DNA of 64,000 bases from Bacilli bacterium. Its GTDB lineage: Bacteria; Bacillota_I; Bacilli_A; RFN20; CAG-826. The stretch spans positions 5,544 through 69,543 of the forward strand of contig JAKSUV010000001.1 in NCBI GenBank assembly GCA_024408655.1. The letters are read 5' to 3'. The position numbers were made by a program, and so were the translations under genes. Under the pieces are notes generated by a model. It saw only the letters and a list, made by a program, of their open reading frames with translations. It was not told the origin of the DNA and ran no database searches. Below, piece after piece: positions 8,710 through 18,383 of the stretch. Position 1 is the first letter of the stretch. The number at the start of each line of letters is the position of its first letter.

Positions 8710-10022
8710 ATTTAAATAAAGTGTTTGCGCTCTTAGCGAATAAACAAATTAATGAAGCCGAATGCCGTTTTGCTTCCTCCACTTCGTTATCCTTTTCGAC
8801 GTTCCACGGTCAGATTGCTAACTACACCACTAACGTTTCTAATCATTTGGGCATCGATGCCATTATCAATCGTAAATTAGTAATTGGATATACCGAAGAT
8901 TTAACTAACGCTGGTGTGAATACTTTAATTGATAATTTAATCGCGACTGCTCCCTACATCGAAAAAACCGGGGGCATGATTTTTCGTGGCGCTAGTAAAT
9001 ATAAAAAATTTAATAACTTTAATAAAGAACTTGTCACCATTAGTGTCCAAGAAAAACAAAATCTGATTTTAAATATCGAAAAAGCTCTAAAAGCCTATGA
9101 TTCACGTTTCGATGAAGTCGAAGTCGAATATGCTGAAGACGAAGATATCCATGAATACCGTAATAGCCATGGTGTTAAACTTAAAACGAAGAACAATTCA
9201 TTTAGTGTGTTTGCCTCAGTGGTGGCAAAAGAAGGGCAGATTACTAAAGTAACTTATCTACCTTATATTGGTAACGATTACCATAAATTTAACCCTGATA
9301 CTTTTGTTAAAGAATTAGGCCAGTTAGCCTTAAAGAAACTAAATGTTACACAACTCACAAGTCAAAAATATCGTGTGGTATTTGATCCAGAAGTGACCAC
9401 TACATTGCTCGGCGCTTATATTTCGCAATTAAACGCGGAAGAGATATTAAAAGGTTCATCTTGGTTTAAAGATAAGATTAATACCCAAGTCGCCAATAAA
9501 CGCGTCACGATTATTGAAACACCATTGAAACGGGACTTTGATTTTGTTGGTGCCGATGCACAAGGCGTACCCACAATGAACCGCCCATTAATTAAAAAAG
9601 GCGTGCTCCTAACTTATTTACACAATTTAGAAACTGCACAAAAATTTGGCGTCGAACCGACTGGCCACGCGGTTGCAACTGCTTCAAAAATTAGTATCCA
9701 TCCACACGACGCACTTCATTTAAAACCCGGTCGATTAACGAAAGAAGAATTATTAGCCCAAGTGGGCAATGGTATTTATATCACCGAATTAGAAGGACTC
9801 CACGCTGGCTTAAACGCGCTGAGTGGAGATATCTCTTTAAAAGCCGAAGGATTCATTATTAAAGATGGTAAATTAACCGCCGCGCTAGATATGATGACCG
9901 TGACCGCGAACTTATTTGATATTTTCGCTCGCGTAAAGAAGATCAGCCAAAATATTGAGTATGTCAAAGAGGGCTTTATGGCCCCGTGTATTTATTTAGA
10001 TAAGATTGCTATTTCTTTTTAG
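8706..10022 (+). CDS. pmbA: PmbA/TldE-family protein (TldD partner)
   Basis: A TldD paralog without HExxxH, 438 aa, translationally coupled to tldD. This is the canonical TldD/PmbA pair arrangement. Confidence 0.8.
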   Translation: MNLNKVFALLANKQINEAECRFASSTSLSFSTFHGQIANYTTNVSNHLGIDAIINRKLVIGYTEDLTNAGVNTLIDNLIATAPYIEKTGGMIFRGASKYKKFNNFNKELVTISVQEKQNLILNIEKALKAYDSRFDEVEVEYAEDEDIHEYRNSHGVKLKTKNNSFSVFASVVAKEGQITKVTYLPYIGNDYHKFNPDTFVKELGQLALKKLNVTQLTSQKYRVVFDPEVTTTLLGAYISQLNAEEILKGSSWFKDKINTQVANKRVTIIETPLKRDFDFVGADAQGVPTMNRPLIKKGVLLTYLHNLETAQKFGVEPTGHAVATASKISIHPHDALHLKPGRLTKEELLAQVGNGIYITELEGLHAGLNALSGDISLKAEGFIIKDGKLTAALDMMTVTANLFDIFARVKKISQNIEYVKEGFMAPCIYLDKIAISF

Positions 10023-10707
10023 CTTCTTTCGCTAAACGTTTTTCGTTCTTTTTAAGAACCGCTAGAATACTCTTTAATAATTCTTTTTCAGTTGGTTCTG
10101 GTTTAGCCGGATCTTCCGGAACAGGACGTTCATCTGGATGTCTTTGATAATATTTTTCTAGCGCTTTAGCTTCCGCTTCTAATTTAAGCTTATTAATTTT
10201 CGCAATGATTCGTAAAATCATGAATAAGACAAAGGCAATGACTAGGAAAGATAACGCCGCATTAATTAAGGCACCCCAATCGATAATGGCCGCTCCATTA
10301 AATACATAAACAGAACCATGTAAAGTATAACGACTAAGGAGTTGCGCTTGATCAATATCTATTCCCATTCCTTTTAATTTTTCTAAAACAGCTTGAATTT
10401 CATTCGAATAGAAATATTGAATACCACCTAAACCATATTGTGCATCACTCATTGCTGGTAAAACCGAAATTAATCCTTTTAAGCCACCAGGGACCGCCCA
10501 AGTACAAATGCTCAGGAAGATATTAGTTAAAGCGGTGACAATCGCGCCGAAGGCACTACCAATCACCACACCAACTGACATATCAACCACGTTGCCACGG
10601 TTGATAAATTTTTTAAATTCGGCAAAGAATCCCGTCGTTTTTTTAACTTTTTTCTTTTTCTTCGTTTCGGTCTTTTCTTCGACTTTTTTGCTCTTCTTTT
10701 TTGCCAT
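10009..10707 (-). CDS. mscL: Large-conductance mechanosensitive channel MscL with N-terminal Lys-rich extension, enlarged loop and long C-terminal tail (232 aa)
   Basis: The MscL TM1 signature is FKKFINRGNVVDMSVGVVIGSAFGAIV. Typical MscL proteins are about 130-150 aa. Confidence 0.8.
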   Translation of the reverse strand: MAKKKSKKVEEKTETKKKKKVKKTTGFFAEFKKFINRGNVVDMSVGVVIGSAFGAIVTALTNIFLSICTWAVPGGLKGLISVLPAMSDAQYGLGGIQYFYSNEIQAVLEKLKGMGIDIDQAQLLSRYTLHGSVYVFNGAAIIDWGALINAALSFLVIAFVLFMILRIIAKINKLKLEAEAKALEKYYQRHPDERPVPEDPAKPEPTEKELLKSILAVLKKNEKRLAKEAKKK

Positions 10708-10708
10708 A

Positions 10709-11875
10709 TTACTTAACCTCCAGTTCTTTAATATGCCATTCGGGGCGGACTTGATCCGCTTTATCTAATGCCACTTGGTAAAGTTCTTTTTCAATCTCCG
10801 CACGACCAGGGATTGTCCGTTTTAACGCTTTATCAACGCGGCTCATTGCAAAACGCGCTTCGTGTTCTGAAATATCAAGCATCGACGAAATTAATAAATA
10901 TGCGCGAATCGATTCCATCGAAATATCGTTAGCGATATAGCGACGTTCATCCGCGCTCACATGCGCGTCATAATAAGGTTTAACTTCTTCAACCGGTTTA
11001 TTCAATAACAATAAATATAATTTCTGAGCGATGACAGGACAATAGTTTTCGCGTTTTAAATTCTTTTTATTTTCAATCATATGATCAAGAAGTTTTTCGG
11101 CTTCAGTAAAATTCTTTTCTTTAAAATAACGATACACACTATAAAGGTTCACTTGCACAGTAAAATCAGTAATTTGATCAAACACTTTCATATCGCTTAA
11201 TTCAATGTTTTGACTATAAGCGTATTCAATGCGCATTAATTCGTTATACGCAGCAAAATTTTCTTTTTTCGATAAAATGACTAGGCGATACCCATCGGTT
11301 GTCGAATCGAGTTTAGCGGGGAAAATATTATAAAGTTCAAGCATACCGCCAATCGTAATCATCATAATCATTTGGATGGGCACCCAGCTTAAATGACCAT
11401 ACATCTTAACACCTGGCCCCGTGCTTAAGGCATCAGAAATTAAATAGAAAATAACCATACACACTAGCACTTCAAATACATAGAGGAATAAAGGTGTTAA
11501 GGCAAATGGTTTTGGTGAAGTCTTGTCTTTTTTCGGGGCGATTTTTGTTTCACCCGTTAACCCATCAAAGTTTTTAAACCGGAATTTCCACTTCTTATCC
11601 GCTCGATACCAGCATAGACCGATAATGTTGACGGAAAAGATGGAATAACCACCGATTTTAGCACCCACAATATGACCAAGTTCTAGATAAAAGACGTTAA
11701 AGATTACCGACACCAATACGAACACGAAAGCAAATAACATGTTTAGATCACCTGAACCTGGAAGGTAATCTTGTAGTTGAGTAAAAAGCGGTGCAATGAC
11801 AAAAAATCCTACTAACACCGCGACCACAACCATGAGGCCATAAACTAATAAACTAGTTAAATCTTCTCTTTTCAT
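10709..11875 (-). CDS. Polytopic membrane protein, site-2-protease (M50)/zincin-like with a degenerate metal motif plus a C-terminal helical-repeat domain
   Basis: LELGHIVGAKIGG occupies the place of HExGHxxxA, and NIFPAKLDSTTDG resembles the M50 NxxPxxxLDG motif. A soluble alpha-helical C-terminal half follows. Confidence 0.45.
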   Translation of the reverse strand: MKREDLTSLLVYGLMVVVAVLVGFFVIAPLFTQLQDYLPGSGDLNMLFAFVFVLVSVIFNVFYLELGHIVGAKIGGYSIFSVNIIGLCWYRADKKWKFRFKNFDGLTGETKIAPKKDKTSPKPFALTPLFLYVFEVLVCMVIFYLISDALSTGPGVKMYGHLSWVPIQMIMMITIGGMLELYNIFPAKLDSTTDGYRLVILSKKENFAAYNELMRIEYAYSQNIELSDMKVFDQITDFTVQVNLYSVYRYFKEKNFTEAEKLLDHMIENKKNLKRENYCPVIAQKLYLLLLNKPVEEVKPYYDAHVSADERRYIANDISMESIRAYLLISSMLDISEHEARFAMSRVDKALKRTIPGRAEIEKELYQVALDKADQVRPEWHIKELEVK

Positions 11876-12426
11876 GCTTTTTTACGTCCTTTATTCTTTT
11901 TGTTTTCGCAGATTAAATCCATCATCCCATCAAAGGTCTTAGAAATATTTTCTTCAATCGCGGAGATCGATAATTCTTGTGGGTTAACAAGGAGTCGCGA
12001 AATCTCCCGTGCTAAAGAATCACTAATTAATTTTGCGACTTCATTAATATCGTTTTTATCAAGACTTGTTTGGTATTTTTCAACAATGAATTGACGACCT
12101 TTTTTATAGAGATTGTTATAGAAGAAAGATTCAACCGCATCCGCCGCATCACTCTTTAACGTTTTTAAAATAAGTTGCCGGTTTTTACCCGCGTAGGCTA
12201 ACACAACATGAACTAAGGCCGACCAGTTACTCGCACTCTCGATATTCTCAATTCGTTCACTTAAAAAATAAGCAATTAGGACATCATAAATACTTGTGAA
12301 GTGATAGTAAAAAGTCTGCCGTTTAATGCCGCTTTCCTTACAAATTTTTTGCACCGTAATCTCGCTTAAAGGAAGCGTCTCAATCAGCTCTTTTAGGGTT
12401 TGTTTAATTAACTCTTCCTTCTTCAT
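11872..12426 (-). CDS. TetR/AcrR-family transcriptional regulator (DhaS-like C-terminal domain)
   Basis: The N-terminal HTH reads ITVQKICKESGIKRQTFYYHFTSIYDVL. The protein is 184 aa. Its start overlaps the ATPase stop (TAATG) and its stop overlaps the next start (ATGA). Confidence 0.8.
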   Translation of the reverse strand: MKKEELIKQTLKELIETLPLSEITVQKICKESGIKRQTFYYHFTSIYDVLIAYFLSERIENIESASNWSALVHVVLAYAGKNRQLILKTLKSDAADAVESFFYNNLYKKGRQFIVEKYQTSLDKNDINEVAKLISDSLAREISRLLVNPQELSISAIEENISKTFDGMMDLICENKKNKGRKKA

Positions 12427-14921
12427 TATTTCTTTCCTTTTCGCCGGTTAATAAATACTTTGAAGTATTTAGCGACGATAATGTAGGCAGGTATAGATAC
12501 TATAAAGGTCAATAAACCTAAAAGCAAACACGCGTTGTTGATTTTACTATAATCAATCGCTAAGAAATTCATGATTGGAACAAGGTAGAAAGTGATAACA
12601 TCAATCGTAATGAAAAGCGCCATTGCTGAGCAGGTCGCGATTAAAACAATCTTCCGGTATTTGTTAAGCGGGAAACAAACGTGTAACAAAATCACAAGAC
12701 TCATCACTGTGAACAAAATCACCGACATCGCCACCGCTCCTTCAAGTGGGAAATATTCTGGGCTAATATAGGAAGCAACGAGTAGTGGTAAGCACATAAA
12801 GATTTGTAAGAACGCCGCGGGGATGGCTTCTTTGACGATGTTACTAATAAAGCCACTCGTAATTCTTTCTCTATTTGGCTCCAGCGCGATAAAGAACGGA
12901 GCAATCCCAATCGTTAGTACTTCCCAAAGGAAGAGGTTATTGGTTGTAAATGGATAATTGATATTCATGTGGAGCCAACCTAAGAATAAATAAAGAATCG
13001 CGAAGAAGAACGCGAAAATCGTTTTCACTAAAAAGATTGAACACACCCGTTGTAAATTGTTAATAACACGACGTCCTTCTTCCACAACTTTCGGTAAAGA
13101 CGAGAAGTTCGAATCGAGTGAAACTAAGTGCGCCACTGATTTAGCCGCGTCCGCGCCATTAGCCATCGCGATTGAACAATCGGCGGCCTTTAGAGCGAGC
13201 AAATCATTTACCCCATCGCCAATCATGGCTACTGTACCGCCATTTTTCCGTAAAGACGAAATAATTAATTTCTTTTGTTCAGGAGACACACGAGCGAAGA
13301 TTTTATATTTTAAAGCCGCTTTTGCCACTTCTTCATCGCTTAAACCATCCAGCGAGATGACTTGGTTCGCCCCTTCTAAACCGACTTCTAACGCAATGGC
13401 TTTTAAGGAGTTCGCACTATCACCAGAGATGACACGTAAATCCACATCGTTTTGTTTAAACCAGTTAATATTTTTCCGAGCGTCGCTCTTAATCGTTTCA
13501 ACTAAAACAATCACCGCGATAGCCGTTAATTTTGATGGTAAACGGTTTTGGACAATATTGCGTTCACCTTCGGCGACCACTAGTACCCGGCGACCTAAAC
13601 GTTCATATCGTTCAACAATTTTCTTGGTCTTTTCTGTATTAGTAATATCAAAGAAGCCAAAGGCACCCATAACATAAGTGTGATTATTAAAGGAAGCCGC
13701 ACTAAATTTCTTTTCACTATCAAACGGAATCGCTACACAGTTTCCTTCAATTTTCTTTGTCGCATAACGAACACGTAAGGCTCTTGCCGTTAAGTTTTCA
13801 TCTTTCGTCACATAAAGAATCTTGCCGATGATGTCTTCGACATGGAACATATCAACATTTGCAAACGGCACTACTTCTTTGACTTCCATATTACCATCAG
13901 TTAAGGTTCCGGTTTTGTCAAGACAAAGAACATTGACTCGCGCTAACATTTCAATTGAATATAGTTCGCGAACTAACATCCGGTTACGACCTAACACTAA
14001 AACACCAACGGTTAGAGAAATTGAAGTCATTAGATACATGCCGCACGGAATCATGGCCACTAAGGAAGAAGTAATCGCATCGACTGATTCTACGATAGTT
14101 TTCCAATCACCCGAGAACTTACCACCAACTGAATAAGTAATCACTTCCGCTAAACCAATCGTAATTGCGCCAATTGAGATCACCCGAATAATCGTTTTTA
14201 AAGATTTTAAGATTTCGCTACTTGGGCGCACAAAGGAACGGGCTTTCTCTTGTAATTGGTTCGCGTAGTTCGCGTTACCAACTTGAATAACTTTCGCATA
14301 GGCGGTTCCGCTTGTCACATAACTTTGAGCGAAAATGGTTTTACCTTCGGTCTTCGTCACTGCATCCGTTTCACCCGATAAGAAAGATTCGTTTACGCGA
14401 ATACTGCCGTAAATAATTTCCGCATCACAGGGAATCGTTTTACCCGCTTGTAATAAAATAACATCGCTTAACACGACTCCGTCAAAGGGAACATCAATGC
14501 GTTCACCATCACGAATAACTGTCGCGTGAGGGTTAGAAATTAACGAAAGGCGACTAACTAAGTGTTTGGCTTTAATATCTTGAACTAAACTAATCGCGAC
14601 GTTTAAAGTTAAGATTACAACAAAGAAAAGCCGTGGGTATAAACCAAAGCAAAGCATCACTACTGCAAGAGTAATAAGCAAGATATTTAACACCGTAAAG
14701 ATGTTTTTAGCGATGATTTGTAAATACGACATTTGAATCGTATTAGTGATTTCGTTAGTTAAACCGGCGTCCTTACGTTCTTTCACTTGGTCTGCGGTTA
14801 AACCTTGTTTATAATTCACGTCATATTTTTTGGCGTTCTTAATTTTCGTTTTTAAATTATCCGCTTTCTTTTTGTAGAAAATAGATAAGAGTGGACGACG
14901 ATTGCGCTTTGTCTTTGTCAT
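12426..14921 (-). CDS. P-type cation-transporting ATPase (831 aa)
   Basis: Phosphorylation motif CLDKTGTLT, actuator SGETD, hinge GDGVNDLLALKAADCSIAM, and multiple TM segments. Ion specificity is not determinable by eye. Confidence 0.85.
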   Translation of the reverse strand: MTKTKRNRRPLLSIFYKKKADNLKTKIKNAKKYDVNYKQGLTADQVKERKDAGLTNEITNTIQMSYLQIIAKNIFTVLNILLITLAVVMLCFGLYPRLFFVVILTLNVAISLVQDIKAKHLVSRLSLISNPHATVIRDGERIDVPFDGVVLSDVILLQAGKTIPCDAEIIYGSIRVNESFLSGETDAVTKTEGKTIFAQSYVTSGTAYAKVIQVGNANYANQLQEKARSFVRPSSEILKSLKTIIRVISIGAITIGLAEVITYSVGGKFSGDWKTIVESVDAITSSLVAMIPCGMYLMTSISLTVGVLVLGRNRMLVRELYSIEMLARVNVLCLDKTGTLTDGNMEVKEVVPFANVDMFHVEDIIGKILYVTKDENLTARALRVRYATKKIEGNCVAIPFDSEKKFSAASFNNHTYVMGAFGFFDITNTEKTKKIVERYERLGRRVLVVAEGERNIVQNRLPSKLTAIAVIVLVETIKSDARKNINWFKQNDVDLRVISGDSANSLKAIALEVGLEGANQVISLDGLSDEEVAKAALKYKIFARVSPEQKKLIISSLRKNGGTVAMIGDGVNDLLALKAADCSIAMANGADAAKSVAHLVSLDSNFSSLPKVVEEGRRVINNLQRVCSIFLVKTIFAFFFAILYLFLGWLHMNINYPFTTNNLFLWEVLTIGIAPFFIALEPNRERITSGFISNIVKEAIPAAFLQIFMCLPLLVASYISPEYFPLEGAVAMSVILFTVMSLVILLHVCFPLNKYRKIVLIATCSAMALFITIDVITFYLVPIMNFLAIDYSKINNACLLLGLLTFIVSIPAYIIVAKYFKVFINRRKGKK

Positions 14922-14922
14922 A

Positions 14923-17730
14923 TTATTCCGTCCTTAAAGCCACCACCGGGTCTTTCTTCGCTGCCTTTTGCGCTGGAATGAATCCGGCTACGAAAGTTAA
15001 TAGTATAGAAATCGCTACTAAGGCTAAAGCGTGAAGAATATTTAAATTACAAATCATGCCGATACCCGGAGCGCGCACTAACGAACGAATGATTAAACTA
15101 ATCGGAACTTCAACCGCGAATACTACCACCACGCCAAGAAGGCCCGCTAATCCACCAATAATCACTGATTCAGCTTCAAATAGTCGACGGACATCTTTCT
15201 TTCGAGCGCCAATCGCTCGTAATATTCCAATCTCCTTTGTTCGTTCAAGTACTGATGTATAAGTGATGACACCAGTCATCACGCAAGAAACTAATAAAGA
15301 TACCGCTGAGAAGCACACAAGCACAATTGAAATAATTTGAATCGTCGTCCCTAAAGCTTCTGTCACTGTACCAGCTAAATCTGCATAATAGATTTTATTT
15401 TCGGTATGATCCTCGTTCCATTTATCTAGATAATCAAAAATATTTTGTTTGCTCGCTAAATCTTTAGGGAAAATTAAGATGGAATTAGTTGGGGAATAGC
15501 CCATTGTGTATTGCACTAAATCTAAGGCTTTGTCGGTAGTCGCATCTATTATATCAGTGTGATGCTCCTCATCATCCTTTTCCATCTCTGGCACAGTAAA
15601 GGCATTAGAAAAACGATAGTTATCCATGCAATAGACGTCATATGGATAGTCTTCTGGCTGTTTAATCTCACCATCACTGCTAAGCACGCTATAAAAAGTG
15701 AAAGGCGAAATGGATGGCGAACTTAGCCACGAATAAAGAAATAATGAGCTAGCAGAATCGAGTGCGGAAAAAGTATTATTAATAAAATCATTCCAAATGA
15801 GGTGACTGGAACCCTCACCCGGGTTTGTAATTGCCCAATTGTTACGTGCGGCATTCATGATTTCTTCATTTGTGTTTTTATATGCATCCGAAACCAAGCG
15901 GTCTTTAAACTCTCTTAAAAGCGCGTGCGGATAACATATGCTACCGGGGATAAGATTTATATAAGATGATTGTTTCATGCGAAGGATACCAGAAATACGA
16001 ATTTTAAACGGATCGTTGGCATCATCGTTAGCATAAAAAGCCTTCAAGTCATCTTTATAAGTTTCTGAGGTAATATCCAAATATTGTTTTATAGTTTTGG
16101 ATATTTTGTCAGACTTGAGGGTTCGAACCTTACCGATTGTATCATCAACTTCATAACAATCAATATTTTTGGTGATTGGATTTTCTGGGGCGTCCACCGC
16201 TGTGTATACAACGGATGGGTCGTACGATTTGTATTTAAATTTGCCTGGCTTATCAATGAGATCATCGAAATTGATTTCAACGCCATCATCAGCTTTGGCG
16301 GAATTATATAATCCTAATCCATAAAGGGTTGTGGTGGGTATCCGATTGTAACGATCGCATACCAAAGCGACATCGAAACACTTCCGCCCATCTGCTGGAT
16401 CAATATAAAAGTCCTCAGATGGATATTCGCCTCCAATGACATCGTATAATTGATCCATGTACTTTTTATCACCCGCAATTTCATGGAAAATCGTGGATGG
16501 AAGACCTGAAGTGCCAGAAAGAAATAGTCCGGTTGCACCAGCGGTTGCAAACGGATCGATTTTAATAATGTCATCGCCACGAGTAGTAAATAAATTTAAA
16601 TCTAAATATTCTTCGTTTAACAATACACTTGAAGCGTAATACGGGGCTTCAGTAGCGAGTTTCTTGCAATAGTCAATGTAATCCTCGGTGATGTTATTAT
16701 GATGAGTGGCCATTACTGTGGAAGGATCTTCGTTAAACGGTTTAATGGTTGGCTTCTTTGGGAAGATATCTGGCCATTCAATCTCTTTAAGCGAAGTGGT
16801 GACAAATGGCGAAATTGAAATTGGAACACTAGAGGCGGTGCCTAATTCAACCGTCTTAACGTAGTTAGAGAAACCGTTCGACATCGCCAGTATCATCGCC
16901 ACACCGATAATACCAAATGATGCTGCAACGACGGTCATCGCCGTCCGACCTTTTTTCGTTAACAAACTTTTAAACGAACTACCTAACGCGGCGAAAAACG
17001 GCATATGAGTGTGCCGATTTGTTTCTGGTCTTGTTTTGGTTGGGCGCCCTTTTTTCTCTGGAACAGTATCACTAACAACCCGTCCATCTTTTAAGCGAAT
17101 GATTCGGTTCGAATATTGCATAGCTAAAATATCGTTATGCGTCACCATGATTACTAGATGCTCTTGGGAGAGCTTCTTTAAAATCTTCATGACTTGAATA
17201 CTGGTCTTGCTATCAAGTGCGCCGGTTGGTTCATCGGCGAGGATAATTTTTGGATGGTTCACTAACGAACGGGCAATGGCCACTCGTTGCATTTGTCCGC
17301 CTGATAATTGATTAGGACGTTTCTTGGCTACACTTTCAAGCCCCACTAAACTAAGTGCGTACATTGCTCGGTCATAACGTTGCTTACGGTTAAAGCCCGC
17401 TAACGACATAGATAGTTCAACGTTTTCTAAAACCGATAAATGCGGAACTAGATTATAGCTTTGGAAAATAAAACCAATGCGACGATTACGGTAAGCATCC
17501 CAATCGGCATCGGTAAAATTCTTGGTGGATTTTCGGTCGATAATTAAATCGCCGGATGAATATTGATCAAGTCCACCGATAATATTTAAAAGTGTCGACT
17601 TGCCACATCCAGACGGACCAAGGACTGAGACTAATCCTTTGTCACCAAAAACTAGATTCACATCCGTTAAAGCCGGAAAGTGACGTTTGTCGACCAAATA
17701 ATGCTTATAAATGTTCTTAAGCTCAAGCAT
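14923..17730 (-). CDS. MacB-type ABC transporter, fused ATPase and FtsX permease with a very large extracytoplasmic domain (935 aa)
   Basis: Walker [10 protein letters not shown], signature [14 protein letters not shown], Walker [13 protein letters not shown]-loop MVTHN, and a C-terminal FtsX-like bundle ending [11 protein letters not shown]. Confidence 0.85.
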   Translation of the reverse strand: MLELKNIYKHYLVDKRHFPALTDVNLVFGDKGLVSVLGPSGCGKSTLLNIIGGLDQYSSGDLIIDRKSTKNFTDADWDAYRNRRIGFIFQSYNLVPHLSVLENVELSMSLAGFNRKQRYDRAMYALSLVGLESVAKKRPNQLSGGQMQRVAIARSLVNHPKIILADEPTGALDSKTSIQVMKILKKLSQEHLVIMVTHNDILAMQYSNRIIRLKDGRVVSDTVPEKKGRPTKTRPETNRHTHMPFFAALGSSFKSLLTKKGRTAMTVVAASFGIIGVAMILAMSNGFSNYVKTVELGTASSVPISISPFVTTSLKEIEWPDIFPKKPTIKPFNEDPSTVMATHHNNITEDYIDYCKKLATEAPYYASSVLLNEEYLDLNLFTTRGDDIIKIDPFATAGATGLFLSGTSGLPSTIFHEIAGDKKYMDQLYDVIGGEYPSEDFYIDPADGRKCFDVALVCDRYNRIPTTTLYGLGLYNSAKADDGVEINFDDLIDKPGKFKYKSYDPSVVYTAVDAPENPITKNIDCYEVDDTIGKVRTLKSDKISKTIKQYLDITSETYKDDLKAFYANDDANDPFKIRISGILRMKQSSYINLIPGSICYPHALLREFKDRLVSDAYKNTNEEIMNAARNNWAITNPGEGSSHLIWNDFINNTFSALDSASSLFLYSWLSSPSISPFTFYSVLSSDGEIKQPEDYPYDVYCMDNYRFSNAFTVPEMEKDDEEHHTDIIDATTDKALDLVQYTMGYSPTNSILIFPKDLASKQNIFDYLDKWNEDHTENKIYYADLAGTVTEALGTTIQIISIVLVCFSAVSLLVSCVMTGVITYTSVLERTKEIGILRAIGARKKDVRRLFEAESVIIGGLAGLLGVVVVFAVEVPISLIIRSLVRAPGIGMICNLNILHALALVAISILLTFVAGFIPAQKAAKKDPVVALRTE

Positions 17731-17817
17731 AAATAACTACTAAGTTAAATAACTTAGAAGTTAATAATAAAATAACTCAATAAAAATGTAAATGCGAATT
17801 ATTTAAATAAAAATGTT

Positions 17818-18279
17818 CTAAATTCTACGTTTTCTTTGTTTTTGGAAGAACTGTTGTAAAAGTTTTTGACTCTCTTTAGCGAGCACTCCGCCAACTACTA
17901 TAGGTGGCTTGTTGTTGGTTTTGTGACAATATAATTTAGCGCCACTATCGATTGCCCCATTATGTGGATCAATTAATCCGTAGACTACTTTTTTAATACG
18001 GGCTTGGGCTAATGCCGAAGCACACATCGCACATGGTTCTAAAGTGACATACATAACACAATCAAGTAAACGCCAATTATGGAGTTTTTTACTCGCTTTT
18101 TGGATGGCGATAATTTCCGCGTGAGCAACCACATCCATGCGTTTTTCTTTTTGGTTGTGGGCTCTTGCGATGACTTGATGATTTTTGACAATCACCGCAC
18201 CAATTGGAACCTCGCCCAAAGCGTAAGCTTTCTTTGCTTCCTTTAAGGCTAATTCCATGTATTTAATATCTTCACTCAT
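17818..18279 (-). CDS. tadA: tRNA-specific adenosine deaminase TadA
   Basis: Deaminase motifs HAEIIAI and PCAMCASAL are present. The start is moved to the second ATG (MSEDIKYMELALKEAKKA), which matches the usual TadA N-terminus. The first 7 track codons belong to the 3' helix of the SRP RNA. Confidence 0.85.
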   Translation of the reverse strand: MSEDIKYMELALKEAKKAYALGEVPIGAVIVKNHQVIARAHNQKEKRMDVVAHAEIIAIQKASKKLHNWRLLDCVMYVTLEPCAMCASALAQARIKKVVYGLIDPHNGAIDSGAKLYCHKTNNKPPIVVGGVLAKESQKLLQQFFQKQRKRRI

Positions 18280-18283
18280 AATA

Positions 18284-18368
18284 ACAAAACCGCCATACAT
18301 TAAGAGGTCTACTTATGGCTGCTATATTTCTATCCTGACCAGGTTCATAGTTCTTAATTATGACGGCG
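18284..18368 (-). ncRNA. ffs: Small (4.5S-type, about 85 nt) signal recognition particle RNA
   Basis: The minus strand reads ...CCUGGUCAGGAUAGAAAUAUAGCAGCCAUAAG..., which is the domain IV motif (GGUCAGG / GNRA tetraloop GAAA / AGCAGCC). The terminal helix CCGUCAUA-AUUAAGA pairs with UCUUAAU-G-UAUGGCGG, about 15 bp. An extended -10 TGATATTAT lies just upstream and a U-tract follows the 3' helix. Confidence 0.8.
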
Positions 18369-18383
18369 TAGTAATAATATCAC

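Noticed and set aside
13057-13677. 206-aa plus-strand ORF, plus similar long antisense ORFs at 13822-14136, 8453-8782, 23957-24277, 52832-53290, 58677-59090, 33215-33502 and 63349-63987
   Set aside because: Each lies entirely inside, and antisense to, a strongly supported conserved gene (P-type ATPase, tldD/pmbA, gyrB, prs, tilS, jag, lysS). Their translations are low-complexity with no recognisable motifs. These are typical shadow ORFs.
16119-16131. GGGTTCGAACCTT, resembling a tRNA T-arm
   Set aside because: It lies inside the 935-aa ABC transporter ORF. No acceptor, D or anticodon stems can be drawn around it.
18280-18300. First 7 codons of the tadA track ORF (MYGGFVI)
   Set aside because: These bases form the 3' strand and U-tract of the SRP RNA terminal helix. 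The second ATG gives an N-terminus collinear with known TadA proteins.
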